Below, in pieces: positions 61,182 through 64,000 of a stretch of 64,000 nucleotides of DNA. Both the position numbers and the translations under genes were made by a program. Each line of letters starts with the position of its first letter. The stretch's first letter is position 1. The stretch comes from Halobacteriovoraceae bacterium. GTDB lineage: Bacteria > Bdellovibrionota > Bacteriovoracia > Bacteriovoracales > Bacteriovoracaceae. The stretch is taken from NCBI GenBank assembly GCA_963719505.1, contig CAVRCF010000001.1:1024001-1088000 (forward strand), in the 5' to 3' direction. The notes below the pieces were generated by a model that was not told where the DNA came from, searched no databases, and was given only the letters and a program-made list of their open reading frames with translations.

Positions 61182-62171
61182 ATGAAGTCTATAGTTTTTC
61201 TTTTATTTGTCTTTTTGTCTTTCTCTTGCTCTAAGAGGGCAAAAGTTTTTGATTTTAAGGGCACGACCATGGGAACTTACTATTCTGTGAAGATTGCCAC
61301 TTCAAAGATTGATGAAGATCTTATGAGTAAGCAGATTGAAGTCGTTTTAAAAGAAGTGAATCAAGTCTTTTCAACCTATATAAAAGAGTCAGAGGTCTCT
61401 CGTCTCAACACTTACGCCCTAGATGGACCTGTAGAGATTACTCCTGTTATGAAGGAGTTGATTCTTTTATCAAAAAAAATTAGTAAAGAATCTGATGGCT
61501 ACTTTGATCCTACGGTAGGCCCGCTAGTAAATCTTTGGGGGTTTGGCCCATGATGGCAAAAGAAAGAAACCAACTGATGAAGACATTGAACAAGTGATGT
61601 CATCTATAGGGATTGATAATATATCAATTCAAGGCAATCAGTTATCCAAGCGATCAGCGAAAATTTATTTAGATTTTTCCTCTATTGCGAAAGGCCAAGG
61701 GGTTGATGATGTAGGGCTCGTTTTGGAGAGTAGGGGATTTAAAAACTACTTAGTTGAAATTGGTGGAGAAGTTCGTGCTAGAGGAAAGAAGCCCGACGGA
61801 AGTCTTTGGGCCATCGGAATTGAAAAGCCCTCTGAGAATTTGGGACAAACCATTCAAAAAGTTGTGAATTTAAATAATCAAAGCATTGCTACTAGTGGTA
61901 GCTATAGAAACTATCTAAAGTATGGAAATGACGTCTTTTCACATACCATTAGTCCAAAAACAGGACGGCCTATTCAGCATGAATTGGTCTCGGTGAGTGT
62001 GATAGCTGAAAACTGTGCTAAGGCCGACGGTTGGGCTACAGCTCTTATGGCCATGGGGCCTAAAAAGGGTTAGAAAAAGCAAATGAGCTTGGACTCAAAG
62101 CGTATTTTCTAGTAAAAGATAAAGAGAGTTTTAAAGAACTATCGACGACAAACTTTGGGAAGTCTTTATGA
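61182..62171 (+). CDS. apbE: FAD:protein FMN transferase ApbE (lipoprotein; two apparent frameshifts)
   Basis: [44 protein letters not shown]; indels near 61550 and 62070; restored stop overlaps the nqrM ATG. Confidence 0.9.
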
Positions 62172-62365
62172 ATATAATGTTAATTACTGTTGCTGTTTTT
62201 GGAATCGCTTTTTTTGGTCTAGCGATTGGGGTTATCATTTCAAATCGAACAATCAAAGGTTCTTGTGGTGGCATTGCAAATCTAATGGGTGAAAGTGGTT
62301 GCGATATTTGTGAACTTAAAGATAAGTGCGAAAAATCTGGCAAAGAACTTTGCGAAGAAGGTTAA
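62168..62365 (+). CDS. nqrM: Na+-NQR maturation factor NqrM (DUF539)
   Basis: Transmembrane helix, then IKGSCGG...CDIC; follows apbE. Confidence 0.88.
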   Translation: MNIMLITVAVFGIAFFGLAIGVIISNRTIKGSCGGIANLMGESGCDICELKDKCEKSGKELCEEG

Positions 62366-63432
62366 TAAGCATTTATTTCATAAGTTGAATCAAGCAGTCT
62401 TTTCGCTTCTACCCAACAACCTAAAACTTTTGATTCTCTCTTTTCAAAAGACTTTTTAGTACAGTCAGATCTCTTACCACTTTCTTTATTTTCACATAAA
62501 CATGTAATCGATTTATCGGGCCAATAGTCTTTCCCATAGCTATTTCTTACAAGAATTTCACAGCGATTTTGATGATTCCTAATCCCAACAATATTGGCAT
62601 AATGGGCTCCACACTTTGTAGAAAAAGATTTAAATATTCTAGGCATGAATCCAATTGGATCGGTTTTTAAAAATCCAGGGTCATAAGTAACATCAGGACA
62701 GTGACCAATAGAGAGAGTCTTGTGCTCGGAAAGTTTTGAGGTTATGACGTCTATAAGAACATCATTTGATTCTATACCCATGCCGTAGGATTTGAGGGAG
62801 GGCACAGAGTGACTAAGATTGTCTTCACAGCCATTAAAGACATGAGCTTTTAGAAAAGGGAAGAGTTTCAAATCTTTAGTCTTTCCCTTTATAGCACCAA
62901 GCACTGTTTCCACTTGAGTTCGATTCCAAGAATAGTCTTCAGAGCTTTTACTCAAACGGTTAAGAGTACTATTGATATTGTCTTGCCAAGAGTCTGAATC
63001 ATTTTTTGCTTTAAAAAATTCTTTATAAAGAAAGAAAAGCTTATCGTCAGTATAATTCACTCCAGACTTGAGCTTTGTTAATTTCTCATTGATAAAATTA
63101 ATATCGCAGACGCCATTTTTTTCAATGTCTTTATGGGCCCAAGTTAAAAATGAAAAATCTAGATTTTGTGGCTTCCAGTGGATGCGTCTATTCTTGTGAA
63201 TAAAGGCAATCCAGTAGGGATGAATAAAGTCTTTTGGATCGTCTTGTTCAAGGTTAAAAGTTGTACTGCTTGCATGAGCATAGCAGGTATTCATATCACC
63301 TTGATCTTTAATTCTTATAGAATTTAAATTTTCATTGAGGTCGAAAAGATTGATATCTGCACATAGCGTCGTCGTTCGATGCAATACCGTGGTATAAAAT
63401 AGTACTAGTAATAGAGTCGTGAATTTTTTCAT
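62362..63432 (-). CDS. Secreted papain-like (C1) cysteine peptidase
   Basis: KDQG..TCYA (Gln and Cys), AHY.NIVG (His), VRNSYG (Asn). Confidence 0.8.
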   Translation of the reverse strand: MKKFTTLLLVLFYTTVLHRTTTLCADINLFDLNENLNSIRIKDQGDMNTCYAHASSTTFNLEQDDPKDFIHPYWIAFIHKNRRIHWKPQNLDFSFLTWAHKDIEKNGVCDINFINEKLTKLKSGVNYTDDKLFFLYKEFFKAKNDSDSWQDNINSTLNRLSKSSEDYSWNRTQVETVLGAIKGKTKDLKLFPFLKAHVFNGCEDNLSHSVPSLKSYGMGIESNDVLIDVITSKLSEHKTLSIGHCPDVTYDPGFLKTDPIGFMPRIFKSFSTKCGAHYANIVGIRNHQNRCEILVRNSYGKDYWPDKSITCLCENKESGKRSDCTKKSFEKRESKVLGCWVEAKRLLDSTYEINAY

Positions 63433-63486
63433 GACACTAGTCTAGGACGTGAAATTAAAAAATCAACCGAGTGTAAGACTCAGGAA

Positions 63487-63999
63487 TTAGATAGAGATGT
63501 TTAATGAACCAAAAATCGCAGTCTTATCAATGCTAACGTTTTCTACCGCAAAATTTACTCCGGATTCAACGGTGATTTGTTTCATAATATTATAGGCAAC
63601 TGACAGACTAGCGACGTCATCAAGGTTATTACTGAATCTATCGAGACTATTTACATCATCACCAGTTTGGCTCCAATCGAATTCAATACTGGACTTTAAT
63701 GTTGTATTATCAGTAATCATATAATTTAAGTATCCGCCGATAGCGGCAAATAAAGTTGTTCTCTTTATACCGGGTATTTTATCGACGCCCTCGCAAGTAA
63801 AACCTGGCTCTTTACACCAATCGGGATGGAAAGCACTCGTTTCATTTTTATTATAATAATCTCTTTGGACGCTAGCTCTAATCCCATGAAAGAGTCCAGG
63901 TACACTTGAGAAAATAGTAAGAGAGGGTTGTATTCCGAGTCCATATTGCATTTCTGCATTCTGGGACCCCTCTGTTGTAGGTCTTTCTACGAATGTATT
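63487..63999 (-). CDS. 5'-truncated probable outer-membrane beta-barrel protein
   Basis: Frame open to the window end; amphipathic beta-strands ending GSLNISI. Confidence 0.5.
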   Translation of the reverse strand, partial: NTFVERPTTEGSQNAEMQYGLGIQPSLTIFSSVPGLFHGIRASVQRDYYNKNETSAFHPDWCKEPGFTCEGVDKIPGIKRTTLFAAIGGYLNYMITDNTTLKSSIEFDWSQTGDDVNSLDRFSNNLDDVASLSVAYNIMKQITVESGVNFAVENVSIDKTAIFGSLNISI

Positions 64000-64000
64000 A

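Overview
AT-rich bacterial chromosome segment. Gene content and style suggest a predatory Bdellovibrionota (Bacteriovoracia/Halobacteriovorax-like), probably marine because it carries Na+-NQR; this assignment is inference. Housekeeping blocks: fused 2-oxoacid dehydrogenase E1, nrdR-nusB, a menaquinone cluster (menB, menFDHACE, menG, DAHP synthase, class II HMG-CoA reductase, polyprenyl synthase), yceD-rpmF-fabHDG-acpP-fabF-glyA, aroK, alr-mlaEFD, lptE-holA, bolA-grxD-hemY, exonuclease-DinG, nqrA-F and apbE-nqrM. One IS1202-like element lies at 36368-37696. Best candidates for new biology: (1) a 27-bp dyad repeated at both divergent promoters of the menaquinone/isoprenoid cluster, beside a GbsR/MarR regulator; (2) a pair of secreted BPI/LBP (TULIP)-like proteins behind a predicted sigma54 promoter; (3) a cholera/pertussis-toxin-like ADP-ribosyltransferase domain at the left edge; (4) a BLUF plus hybrid kinase plus CheB-CheR module between nqrF and apbE; (5) a self-contained 22-aa small-ORF transcription unit. 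Many indels in nqrB-F, apbE and the kinase, and one in-frame stop in the E1 gene, look like long-read homopolymer errors. No rRNA, tRNA or CRISPR array was seen. All protein assignments are by-eye motif recognition; no database searches were run.
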